Virus record (IMG/VR): IMGVR_UViG_3300045988_112416
Direction: 5' to 3' (one strand)
Length of the DNA stretch: 40,243 nucleotides
Source of the DNA: a virus
Shown here: positions 18,998-26,837 of the stretch, in pieces
Layout of the letters: every line of letters starts with the position of its first letter
Numbering within the stretch: position 1 is the first letter of the stretch
Position numbers and translations under genes: made by a program
The notes under the pieces: generated by a model
Told to the model about the DNA's origin: nothing
The model's input: the letters and a program-made list of their open reading frames with translations, nothing else
The model's database searches: none

Positions 18998-19421
18998 CGT
19001 CTGCCATATCCTCCACTTCGGAATTATCCAGAGGTGTTTCATCACCATACGACACATTTATATTCAATGTCATATCTTCGCCCTCGGTATTCAGATTGAT
19101 AATATCCTCAGGCCTCTGCCCCACTGTATCCCTAATGAACTCAGCACTGGCAATTGAGCCCTTGAGAGCTTTCTGGACCTGTGCTATGAGTACAGCGTCC
19201 TGGACCGTGATGTTCTTGCCCTTTATATCTGCTATGTTCTTTATCTTGTCGATATTAACCACAGCACCTTTATGCAGGCTCATGGACAGGATAGTCTCAA
19301 GGGCATCTTTCATCTGCTTTTTTGCAGCTCTTGTCTTACCTGATTTGACGCCGCCTTTCTTGCCCGCTTCCTGAAGCTCTTCTTTTGTCATGTCCTTAAA
19401 GCTCTTTCCCATCCGTTTCAC
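18987..19421 (-). CDS. Terminase small subunit (putative)
   Basis: 144 aa, basic N-terminus and acidic C-terminus. Translationally coupled to terL. Confidence 0.6.
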   Translation of the reverse strand: MKRMGKSFKDMTKEELQEAGKKGGVKSGKTRAAKKQMKDALETILSMSLHKGAVVNIDKIKNIADIKGKNITVQDAVLIAQVQKALKGSIASAEFIRDTVGQRPEDIINLNTEGEDMTLNINVSYGDETPLDNSEVEDMADDEH

Positions 19422-19442
19422 CTGCCTTTCATATCAATCTAT

Positions 19443-20060
19443 TTACACCTTATTCTTCGCTGGCTTATATGAATATTCATATCCATACTTCTTTGCGTTT
19501 CTGCTGAGCCACTTACTGAGATCCGCATCATAGTTGTCACTACTTACCTTGACGCTATGAATGGCTTTGTTGAACTCCGTAGCCTTAAAATGTGGTTTCT
19601 TTTTAATCGTATATGTTCCTGCTCTTCTTTTGCTATATAGCTTAGGATCTATACCTCTAGGCGGCAATGCGTTTCTGCTGCTTGCTGTTACCGCCTTTTG
19701 CCCACTACCTGCCCATGTCTCAAGGTCTGCCCCACTAAAATTACCCCATCCATTCGCTGGATGATTGTGTATAAAGTGCTTACCTTCGCTTTCAAATGCA
19801 TCATAACTCACACTACCTCTGGAACCCTTATAATAATGTGTCACATACCCATTATCATCCACTTGGACTCCCCATTCTCGACCACTCTTGGTGTGCTTAT
19901 CATTAAAATTCTTGATAACCCTGTCTATACTTCCTGTATTCTTTGAACCATTCATCCAGGCAGGAAACAACTTCTCAGATGACTTACCTCTTCCATTTGA
20001 AAATGATAGCCCCCTATCTCCTTGCTTTGCCCTGAATGCGTTTGCTCCTCTGCCACCCAA
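19443..20060 (-). CDS. JAB/MPN (RadC-like) domain protein, putative
   Basis: REWGVQVDDNGYV...GSRGSV...FIHNHPANGWGNFSGADL resembles the RadC/JAMM signature E...HxHP...SxxD, with one extra residue between H and S. The start is moved to TTG 20060, 7 nt after GGAGG. The track N-terminus would run through a terminator hairpin. Confidence 0.5.
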   Translation of the reverse strand: MGGRGANAFRAKQGDRGLSFSNGRGKSSEKLFPAWMNGSKNTGSIDRVIKNFNDKHTKSGREWGVQVDDNGYVTHYYKGSRGSVSYDAFESEGKHFIHNHPANGWGNFSGADLETWAGSGQKAVTASSRNALPPRGIDPKLYSKRRAGTYTIKKKPHFKATEFNKAIHSVKVSSDNYDADLSKWLSRNAKKYGYEYSYKPAKNKV

Positions 20061-20076
20061 TTGCTTTACCTCCACG

Positions 20077-20105
20077 AAAAAAGGACACTTCACAATGAAG
20101 TGTCC
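20077..20105 (-). terminator. Rho-independent terminator abutting the RBS of the JAB-like gene
   Basis: - strand GGACACUUCA-UUG-UGAAGUGUCC (perfect 10-bp stem) followed by U6, then GGAGG. Confidence 0.8.
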
Positions 20106-20129
20106 CAACGTACTATAACTATGTAATAT

Positions 20130-20411
20130 CTATTCTTCCTCTATCGGGAACCACAAACTGCTGTCGTCATTCACGCACATACATAAAGGATTGTTAAATG
20201 CATCCTCCTCAGATTCCCAAAACTCTTTAAGTTTTTTATCTCCAAGCATTCCATTCTCATAGAGGTCATCTATATTCTTGAATGTTATCTCCTCATCCGT
20301 ATCATAATTAACGATTGATGCTGGACTATAATATATAAAATAATCTCCAATCCTGAATGCCTGCGCTTTCTTCATATGGTGTAAAAATGTGTCCTTAAGC
20401 ATATCTCCCAC
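20130..20411 (-). CDS. Hypothetical acidic protein
   Basis: 93-aa ORF abutting the ParB-DUF4417 gene stop. No motif recognised. Confidence 0.5.
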   Translation of the reverse strand: MGDMLKDTFLHHMKKAQAFRIGDYFIYYSPASIVNYDTDEEITFKNIDDLYENGMLGDKKLKEFWESEEDAFNNPLCMCVNDDSSLWFPIEEE

Positions 20412-21440
20412 CTAACCTCTCTTAAATGCTTTATTGTCATAATATTTCACCTGAATACTGTCAGGGAATTTATAACCTATATCACCGCCATATACAAGCA
20501 CTCTCTTTGGCCTGATGCGCTTGAGTGCTTCTGTCATTCCATTATACCACATCTGCTTATTTTCGTCATCCAGCTTGACTCCAATAGTTGACACTGAAAC
20601 AGTTCCACCCTGTTGTATTCCATCAAAACAGAATGTATATGTTTCTTTCTCTGCCCATGAAAGCGTTGGTATAACGGTAATACCCACATCCTGCATCATC
20701 TGACCGATGAGACGGCTTCTGTACACGTTCCATATCTTCATAGGCATCGGCATGTCCATGTACAGACTGAAGTCTGGAGTAAATACACAGTCAAACTCTC
20801 TCAGCTTGTCCATGTACTGTTGTGGGCTGTTCCAGATTCGCTCAAACTGGTAGTCATCAATGTAAAAATGTACTCCACATCTACGCTTCTTTGTGGATAG
20901 AACATAATTGAATGATATCAGCTCATCCGGCTCTGCATTCTGTGCCTCGATAATTGGCATCTGATAAAATCCCTCTGCCCTTGCTCCGTCAAAATCATCA
21001 AGGTTATATTCCTCGTATGTTCGCTCTCGTTCATCGCCGTAGTATCCGTCATCCTCATCATCCTCAAGCAGGTCTGGAACATCAAAACCAAAGTCTGCCA
21101 TGTCAAAATCCTCTATGGCTGTAAGCTCCTGGTTGAGCAAATCCAAGTCAAAACCACTGTTCATGGTCAACTTGTTGTGCGCCAGGATATATGCTTTCTT
21201 CTGCTGCTCTGTGAGCTCCGTAAGCCTTATACAAGGCAGTTCGGTATATCCAAGCTCCTTGGCTGCCAAGAGCCTTCCATGTCCCTCTATCAGGACGTTG
21301 CTCTCGTCGATTGCAAGCGGATCATTGAATCCAAACTCGCTGATGGATTGCTTTATCTGCTCAATCTGTTCCTGTGGATGCTTCTTTGCGTTCTTGGCAT
21401 ATGGTATTAACTTATCAATATCAACATATTCAATCTGCAT
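20412..21440 (-). CDS. ParB-like nuclease N-terminal domain fused to DUF4417
   Basis: N-terminus IDKLIPYAKNAKKHPQEQIEQIKQSISEFGFNDPL..IEGHGRLLAAKELG shows the ParB/Srx fold pattern. C-terminus VHFYIDDYQFERIW...FTPDFSLYMDMP is typical of DUF4417. Confidence 0.7.
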   Translation of the reverse strand: MQIEYVDIDKLIPYAKNAKKHPQEQIEQIKQSISEFGFNDPLAIDESNVLIEGHGRLLAAKELGYTELPCIRLTELTEQQKKAYILAHNKLTMNSGFDLDLLNQELTAIEDFDMADFGFDVPDLLEDDEDDGYYGDERERTYEEYNLDDFDGARAEGFYQMPIIEAQNAEPDELISFNYVLSTKKRRCGVHFYIDDYQFERIWNSPQQYMDKLREFDCVFTPDFSLYMDMPMPMKIWNVYRSRLIGQMMQDVGITVIPTLSWAEKETYTFCFDGIQQGGTVSVSTIGVKLDDENKQMWYNGMTEALKRIRPKRVLVYGGDIGYKFPDSIQVKYYDNKAFKRG

Positions 21441-21475
21441 ATCTGCCTCTTCCTAGCTTCGATATAGGTTCGAAG

Positions 21476-21703
21476 CTATACTTTCTTTCTCACTTTCTTT
21501 GGAATCACGACCATGTAAAACGGCTTACATACACTCATTACTTCTCCGCCTAACTTCATAGTCGGCTGGATTTTGTATACCCTGGTGCATTTAATCAATA
21601 CTCTTATCATCGCTATTGGTAAAGCCAATCTACCAAGTATCGGATGTATATATTCAAAACTATATTCAGGTCTCACAACCTCGAATCTTTTAATCTTACT
21701 CAT
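21476..21703 (-). CDS. Hypothetical protein (first gene after the late-regulator terminator)
   Basis: 75-aa ORF with a GAGGTG RBS. No motif recognised. Confidence 0.45.
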   Translation of the reverse strand: MSKIKRFEVVRPEYSFEYIHPILGRLALPIAMIRVLIKCTRVYKIQPTMKLGGEVMSVCKPFYMVVIPKKVRKKV

Positions 21704-21756
21704 ATCTCACACCTCAAACAAAATAGCCCAGTGGGGGAGAGAATCAATAACGACAT

Positions 21757-21790
21757 GTTCACATTTTACGATTTAGGAGTTTACATTTTA
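21757..21790. promoter_or_regulatory. Two 12-bp direct repeats GTTYACATTTTA spaced 22 bp, inside a 9-bp inverted repeat (21725-21733 / 21791-21799)
   Basis: GTTCACATTTTA (21757-21768) and GTTTACATTTTA (21779-21790). A third similar copy TTTTACATTTTTT lies at about 21925-21937. The site is between the late regulator gene and the first late ORF. Confidence 0.4.
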
Positions 21791-21802
21791 ACCACTGGGC
21801 AT

Positions 21803-21845
21803 AAGAAAAGGGACACAACCGAAATGGCAAACGGTCATGTCCCTT
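21803..21845 (-). terminator. Terminator downstream of the late regulator gene
   Basis: - strand AAGGGACA..ACCG-loop-CGGU..UGUCCCUU followed by UUCUUAU. Confidence 0.55.
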
Positions 21846-21948
21846 ATGAATCATATATTTTTATTGTTCTACGATAGCATATATAAATGTAAGATTGTGT
21901 AATACTATATATAAAAGCACAGAATTTTACATTTTTTATGAGCTATAC

Positions 21949-22368
21949 TTATAAATTTAGTATTTTTTTAGAGAACTCTTCAAGAGCCCATCCATGCATA
22001 CTTCTTATATATTCGTATGTATAGTTCATTTCATCAGCAATCGTTTTAAGTCGCTTGTACTCAACATATCTTTTGTACAATATGTTCATATACTTTGTAT
22101 TGCCGAGGCTCTGTATTTGAGTAATTATTTCATTCTTAAGCTTGGTGTATCTTCTGATATCTTTTTTTATTTCACGCTCAAGATCAACGTATCTGCCAAC
22201 TTTATTCCCCATTAAATCTTGTGAAACACTTGTTTGTACTTTTTCACTTGAGTAATCAAACGCTCCTGTACTTAGGGCCATTTCCTTAAGCTCATCGTAT
22301 TCTTGCTGTTTCTGTCTGATCTTCACATCAAGAAGCTCCACCTGTTTCAAATACTCTTTCGCTTTCAC
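21949..22368 (-). CDS. DUF1492-type late transcription regulator (sigma-70 region-4-like HTH, RinA/ArpU-like role)
   Basis: The pattern KEYLKQ..LD.KI..K..E...L...A.....SSEKVQTS....VDLEREI..DI.....LK.EI...I......ILYKRYVEYKRLKTIADEMNYTYEYIRSMHGWALEEF matches DUF1492 phage regulators. Confidence 0.65.
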   Translation of the reverse strand: MKAKEYLKQVELLDVKIRQKQQEYDELKEMALSTGAFDYSSEKVQTSVSQDLMGNKVGRYVDLEREIKKDIRRYTKLKNEIITQIQSLGNTKYMNILYKRYVEYKRLKTIADEMNYTYEYIRSMHGWALEEFSKKILNL

Positions 22369-22379
22369 CGCCTCACCTC

Positions 22380-22766
22380 CTACTTGTTCTCCCTGATGGT
22401 GAAATCCAAGCCTGTTTCTTCCTTTAGTGTCTGTATCAAATCATCCCATATGATATCCCCATCACATATAGCTGCTGTCTTTGAATTAAATCTTTCACAG
22501 AACCTATCAAGCCTCTTCTGTCCAAAATCGAACTCATCACGTAAGACCATGCAGGACATAATCAGAATCGTGTCTATCGTATTTAACTTGATCTTATATA
22601 CTGACTCATCAAGCTGCTTCTGGTTGACCTCGAGCGGAACAAACATGGCTCCTCTGGTCTTCAGCTCTTTCTCTGCCGCTTCCATGCCCTGTGTCTTGAT
22701 GACATTCATCAGCCATGCAGCCCCCGCCATTCTTGCTTCGTGTAGCTTTCTATCTGATTTTGCCAT
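22380..22766 (-). CDS. Hypothetical protein
   Basis: 128-aa ORF in the operon. No motif recognised. Confidence 0.5.
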   Translation of the reverse strand: MAKSDRKLHEARMAGAAWLMNVIKTQGMEAAEKELKTRGAMFVPLEVNQKQLDESVYKIKLNTIDTILIMSCMVLRDEFDFGQKRLDRFCERFNSKTAAICDGDIIWDDLIQTLKEETGLDFTIRENK

Positions 22767-22770
22767 CCTC

Positions 22771-23070
22771 TCACTCCTTCCGCATGAATCTGTTCATCAA
22801 ATGGTTGTCAGGAGCCATCTTCATTCTGAATCCTATCTGTCCCTTATTCTCTATCACTCCCGGATCATTGAGCTCTGCACCGTCAAGAAAGCTTCGGAGC
22901 TTCTTCATGCAGTCCGGACATAAATCCTTTGTCTCTACTGCATCATCGAACACATCAACTATCCTTGCCCTCATCGCCGCTCCGTGTTCAAACGGCAGGT
23001 CATAGAACCCGCCGCATCTATCGCATTTGCCTGCATATGCCATTCTATACGCTATCCTTCCTTGATTCAT
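22771..23070 (-). CDS. Hypothetical Zn-ribbon protein
   Basis: CDRCGG ... CPDCMKK cysteine pairs. Confidence 0.5.
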   Translation of the reverse strand: MNQGRIAYRMAYAGKCDRCGGFYDLPFEHGAAMRARIVDVFDDAVETKDLCPDCMKKLRSFLDGAELNDPGVIENKGQIGFRMKMAPDNHLMNRFMRKE

Positions 23071-23401
23071 AAGGTTTTGGCAACTTTCCCCAGGCTACAA
23101 CCTTATCTGTAATCTTTGAGTATTCGTAATTATCACAATAATCATGTACTTCATACCAGCCCTGTGGGATCCACCAAGAAATACCATTTTCTGTATACTC
23201 CCACCCATCTAAGATATCATCATCCACGTTCCATTCTAAATCTTCCAACGAACAATTGTGATGTGGAATATATACCGCCTTAACAACTCGACTGTATATT
23301 TCACCTGTTATTATTGAGGCTTTTTCTATCGTTACAAGAACCTCATCTGAAGTAGTTCCCTTTTCACATTTGGGAACTGTGTCTATATTCCATTTGGCCA
23401 T
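23045..23401 (-). CDS. Hypothetical protein
   Basis: 118-aa ORF, Trp/Asp-rich. Overlaps the next gene by 26 nt. Confidence 0.5.
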   Translation of the reverse strand: MAKWNIDTVPKCEKGTTSDEVLVTIEKASIITGEIYSRVVKAVYIPHHNCSLEDLEWNVDDDILDGWEYTENGISWWIPQGWYEVHDYCDNYEYSKITDKVVAWGKLPKPYESRKDSV

Positions 23402-23407
23402 TATGTA

Positions 23408-23656
23408 TCACTCTCCTTCACTCTGATCTATCGCCTGTCCACACGCCGGGCAATAATCGTATTTGTCATAATCAATTTCATAGCTAACGCCACAAGTGGG
23501 GCAAATCCATGTGTCATATACAAGATTTCCGTCAGGATCATACCCGTCACCTTCAATGTCTGGTTTCTTCGGTATCTGCTTTTCAAGTCTGTATTGCCAT
23601 TTTGTTGGCTTTGTAATCATCTTCTGCAAACTTGCAGTCGTTCTTGTCATCCTCAA
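23408..23656 (-). CDS. Hypothetical Zn-ribbon protein
   Basis: CPTCG ... CPACGQ cysteine pairs. Confidence 0.5.
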   Translation of the reverse strand: MRMTRTTASLQKMITKPTKWQYRLEKQIPKKPDIEGDGYDPDGNLVYDTWICPTCGVSYEIDYDKYDYCPACGQAIDQSEGE

Positions 23657-23714
23657 GCTGCATAAACAATCTCATATTTTTCAGCTTTTCTACTGCCTCA
23701 CGTTCTGTCATATA

Positions 23715-24377
23715 TTATCCCTCGCTTTCCGGCTTATCACATCGCTCAAACTCAATAACCCATACCCACGGATTTACATTCCATCCGTAGCGGTCAAGGT
23801 CGGATTTCTTGATGGTGGAGTCCCAAATACCTATAAATGATGTGAGTATAGCATTTTCATCAAACTTGCCATTTAGATGAACATATTTATCTGCTCCCTC
23901 AGTTAAAGCACTCTCTGCGCTGATTTCCTGCAACCGCTCCACCCTCACATCCGTAACCTTAAGCCAGATACGTGCGGCTTCTTTCGGCATATGGATGGAC
24001 GGGTGCCATTTCATCTCAATTTCTTTTCCCCCCCGGTAAAACTTCTCTGTATCGGAGTAGTCCGCACGGTAGATATACCGTTCTAATCCTTTGCGCCATG
24101 TTTCCCGGACATACAGGATATCATCTGTGTGATATGGTGGATTCCACCTTCTTTTTAGTTCTTCATCCGTGATATCCTCTGGAAGTTTGTATTCATCTCC
24201 CCAGTTTTCATATGCTGTTTTACTTGGATATCCCCAGGTACCGCAATCACCCCCTGCGAATGTATAGCAAAGTCTGCCTTGCGGCTGTGGGTTCACAATT
24301 CTTCTGGTACAACTCTTTCTCCTGTCCAAAATTGCCCGAACCATCTCGGTATTGAATAAAATCGGTTTAATCGCCAT
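23715..24377 (-). CDS. ASCH/PUA-like domain protein
   Basis: N-terminus KPILFNTEMVRAILDRRKSCTRRIV is the typical ASCH-like phage protein start. Confidence 0.55.
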   Translation of the reverse strand: MAIKPILFNTEMVRAILDRRKSCTRRIVNPQPQGRLCYTFAGGDCGTWGYPSKTAYENWGDEYKLPEDITDEELKRRWNPPYHTDDILYVRETWRKGLERYIYRADYSDTEKFYRGGKEIEMKWHPSIHMPKEAARIWLKVTDVRVERLQEISAESALTEGADKYVHLNGKFDENAILTSFIGIWDSTIKKSDLDRYGWNVNPWVWVIEFERCDKPESEG

Positions 24378-24684
24378 CTATTCCACCTGCCTTTACAATC
24401 TCGATTGATAAATTCATTGCTTTTTCTTTTGCTATGAATCGTTTAACAAGTTCATCATTAGTAGCTGTCATAAGCTGTGCAGTTGAATAGCCATCCCTCG
24501 CCGTTTCCAGATGTTCCACAACCTTGTCCACATCATAGACGGTTGATTCTGCTTGTGCAAAGTTTATGCATCTGTCAATCATCTGTATCTCTGACATGGT
24601 GTTGATAGGTCTGCCATCGTCATTTTCATACTCTTTGAAATCTCGCAACTTTTCAATCAACTTATCTGCATCAATCAGTCTCAT
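24367..24684 (-). CDS. Hypothetical protein
   Basis: 105-aa ORF starting MRLIDADKLIEKL. Overlaps its neighbours. Confidence 0.5.
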   Translation of the reverse strand: MRLIDADKLIEKLRDFKEYENDDGRPINTMSEIQMIDRCINFAQAESTVYDVDKVVEHLETARDGYSTAQLMTATNDELVKRFIAKEKAMNLSIEIVKAGGIDGD

Positions 24685-24883
24685 CGCTCACCCTCCTGTT
24701 CCATGCTTTAACTTCTTTTCTCTCTGCGGCATTGTAAGAACCCGCCCATGTTCCACCGCTTCTTCCGTGACAATTACAACAAATAATCTGTGCCCAAAAT
24801 CCCTTATCTTCTCCCGGAATTCGTTCATAATTCATTTCAGCTTTCCCACCGCAAAACGGGCACGGCTTTAATTCTTCACTCAT
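24671..24883 (-). CDS. lar: Lar-family restriction alleviation protein
   Basis: LKPCPFCGGKAE...CCNCHGRSG...AWNRR matches the Lar family pattern (CPFCG ... C..C ... WNRR). Confidence 0.7.
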   Translation of the reverse strand: MSEELKPCPFCGGKAEMNYERIPGEDKGFWAQIICCNCHGRSGGTWAGSYNAAERKEVKAWNRRVSDETD

Positions 24884-24889
24884 TGTTCA

Positions 24890-25189
24890 TCACTCCTCAA
24901 CCTTCCTTTCCGCCTCAAGCCATCTGCGGGTACATTCTATGCAATGTTGCTTACCCCTCTGACACACAATCTCGTCAAATCCAATCTCGTCAAATCCAAC
25001 CTCACTCGGACACATGATTATCGGCGCAAGATCCGCATCACCAAGCGACCTGATGTAGTCGCCGTTGGTCATCGGCTCATAGTTGTCAACTGCATTCTTG
25101 GTGCAGTGTGCGCATGGTTCCTGTGACTCGTCTCTACCTCTGTATTTGCATGTATGACAGCTTTCTTCTCTTACAGGTCTTATCTCCAT
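24890..25189 (-). CDS. Hypothetical Cys-rich protein
   Basis: CHTCKY...CAHC...CIEC motifs. Contains an in-frame 15-bp tandem duplication (GFDEIGFDEI). Confidence 0.5.
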   Translation of the reverse strand: MEIRPVREESCHTCKYRGRDESQEPCAHCTKNAVDNYEPMTNGDYIRSLGDADLAPIIMCPSEVGFDEIGFDEIVCQRGKQHCIECTRRWLEAERKVEE

Positions 25190-25425
25190 CGTATCCCTCC
25201 GTTCTTGATCATGTTACGGATATCCCACGTACTAAAGCTCTCAAGATATCCTGACACGCTCTTCATAACAACATAGCGTCTATGTACCTCCATGATGGTC
25301 CATCTTTTCCACACCATCACCGGTATATAGCCTTCTCTGTCTCCTTTGGTCTGTATCCTCACCACCTGCCCAGGACGGCAGATGGTGTTGTATATTGCGT
25401 CTATTTCAAAATCCGTCATGCTCAT
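25180..25425 (-). CDS. Hypothetical protein
   Basis: 81-aa ORF in the operon. Confidence 0.45.
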   Translation of the reverse strand: MSMTDFEIDAIYNTICRPGQVVRIQTKGDREGYIPVMVWKRWTIMEVHRRYVVMKSVSGYLESFSTWDIRNMIKNGGIRWR

Positions 25426-25432
25426 TCTCCTT

Positions 25433-26230
25433 TTACTCGGTCAGGAACTTATTGATGAAATACTGCTGTCCTTTGCCTGTTACCTTTGTTGTTCTAGTCT
25501 CCCTGACAGATCCATCAGAATTAACAACAGTGCTGATTTTTACCTCGAATAATCCCATATCCATGCTTCTCTGAGTTGGTGCGTTTCTATCCGTTCTTTT
25601 ATTGCCCCTGATCAAATATCCATTTTCTCTCAGCCACTCATACAGTCTGTTCTGTCCAATATTGACACCATTCTGTTTCAATATCTTGGCAAGTTCTCCG
25701 ACCAATATCGATGTATGACTTGCGGCAACTGCATCAGCAAATATTGCCTTTGGCTTCATGGTCTCTATCTGCTTGTCCCTCTCCAGAATCTTGTTCTGAG
25801 CTACCTGTAAGGCTCTGGCCATCAGTTCATCATCCGACATGGTTTCCTGTCCGGCTATGTACCCGCCATTCTTGCGGATGGATGGAAGCACCTCACTTGT
25901 CACCCAGCGTTTGAATCTATGCAGTTTTTCTATTCTTTCATCTACAAGGGAGTCATTTTGTGACACACCCTTTGCTTTCTGCGGCTGCATTTGAAAAAGT
26001 AAAGAGTACAAGCCACTTTCATTGATAACTATCATGTTTTGTTTTCCGCCCGGGGTCTCAATTTGTGATATTCTCTTGTCATCATCATCCACACTGGAAA
26101 GACTTCTCCTGTAATTTGTGTCTCCAAATGACTCACAAACATCCTTTCCGACAAGCCAAGGCTCACCATTCTCTATCAATGTTCTAATTTCCCCAAACTC
26201 CTTGTTCTGAAATATCTTTAATTCGTTCAT
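25433..26230 (-). CDS. Antirepressor (Bro-N domain plus KilAC/ANT C-terminal domain)
   Basis: LKIFQNKEFGEIRTLIENGEPWLVGKDVCESFG (Bro-N) and SILVGELAKILKQNGVNIGQNRLYEWLRENGYLI (KilAC). The start is set at ATG 26230, which is preceded by AAAGGAG. Confidence 0.8.
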   Translation of the reverse strand: MNELKIFQNKEFGEIRTLIENGEPWLVGKDVCESFGDTNYRRSLSSVDDDDKRISQIETPGGKQNMIVINESGLYSLLFQMQPQKAKGVSQNDSLVDERIEKLHRFKRWVTSEVLPSIRKNGGYIAGQETMSDDELMARALQVAQNKILERDKQIETMKPKAIFADAVAASHTSILVGELAKILKQNGVNIGQNRLYEWLRENGYLIRGNKRTDRNAPTQRSMDMGLFEVKISTVVNSDGSVRETRTTKVTGKGQQYFINKFLTE

Positions 26231-26251
26231 GTAATCAATCTCCTTTTCTTC

Positions 26252-26355
26252 TTGTTTTTTGAATCGGAGCACCTTATAATTAACTTACAAGGTACTCCTT
26301 GCAATAAGACAATTTCCTTGCTGGCTAGGCGAATTGGGATTGTCTTATTTTTTTG
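26252..26355 (+). ncRNA. Candidate roughly 70-nt antisense sRNA unit (promoter plus terminator) in the leader of the antirepressor gene
   Basis: TTGTTT (26252-26257), 17-nt spacer, TATAAT (26275-26280). It is followed by an 11-bp perfect stem AATAAGACAAT (26303-26313 pairing with 26339-26349) and a T run to 26354. No + strand ORF is present. Confidence 0.35.
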
Positions 26356-26501
26356 TCTCTTTCATCTGATGTAAAATCAATCAATAGTTCAACAAAGTCC
26401 TTGCTCAGACTTTTGTTGCCTCTTAAATTGACTATTGCCTCCTGAAAGGTTTCATCTGGCAATTCAACCATCAGCTCAATAATTTCCATAAGTTCAACCA
26501 T
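26325..26501 (-). CDS. Small ORF (58 aa) upstream of the antirepressor (Arc-position gene)
   Basis: Not in the track because it is under 60 aa. ATG 26501 is preceded by GGAGGTG. Translation is MVELMEIIELMVELPDETFQEAIVNLRGNKSLSKDFVELLIDFTSDERDKKIRQSQFA. Confidence 0.5.
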   Translation of the reverse strand: MVELMEIIELMVELPDETFQEAIVNLRGNKSLSKDFVELLIDFTSDERDKKIRQSQFA

Positions 26502-26520
26502 ATGTACACCTCCTATTCTT

Positions 26521-26587
26521 TACGCCCATTTCGGGCGTATTTCTTTCACGAAGTATAGCGTACAATATGGGCGTAGTCAAGTATAAT
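26521..26587. promoter_or_regulatory. Divergent promoter/operator region of the secondary immunity module
   Basis: Palindrome TACGCCC-N5-GGGCGTA (26521-26539) plus a third GGGCGTA (26569-26575). - strand promoter is TTGACT (26580-26575), 17 nt, TATACT (26557-26552). + strand -10 TATAAT is at 26582-26587. Confidence 0.6.
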
Positions 26588-26606
26588 TTAAGTGGAGGTT
26601 ATATGT

Positions 26607-26837
26607 ATGTTTGGTAAAAGACTCCGTCAAATACGTATGGAAAATGGCTTTACTCAGCAAAAAACTGCTGATTTACTTGGTATAACCTTGCGTTCATACC
26701 AAAAATATGAACAAGGTGAGCGTTCTCCATCTCTGGATTGTTTAGTCAAGATAGCGGACATCTTCAATGTATCTCTTGACTATCTGCTGTGCAGAGATGC
26801 ATTTATTCAATCTCACGCAAGATCCTCTGATGAATAG
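26607..26837 (+). CDS. XRE-family HTH regulator (Mnt-position repressor candidate)
   Basis: FGKRLRQIRMENGFTQQKTADLLGITLRSYQKYEQGERSPSLD is a classical HTH_3 pattern. The start is at ATG 26607, 8 nt after GGAGG. Confidence 0.8.
   Translation: MFGKRLRQIRMENGFTQQKTADLLGITLRSYQKYEQGERSPSLDCLVKIADIFNVSLDYLLCRDAFIQSHARSSDE

Noticed and set aside
19999-20108. N-terminal extensions given by the ORF track (19443-20108, 17744-19057, 11932-12360, 25433-26272, 36371-36601, 304-1248, 26592-26837, 38737-39996)
   Set aside because: In each case an internal start has a proper Shine-Dalgarno sequence. The extension would overlap the upstream gene, run through a terminator hairpin, or leave zero RBS spacing.
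24028-24034. Homopolymer (C7 on +, G7 on the coding strand) inside the ASCH-like gene as a phase-variation tract
   Set aside because: It is too short to claim slipped-strand switching, and the frame is intact.
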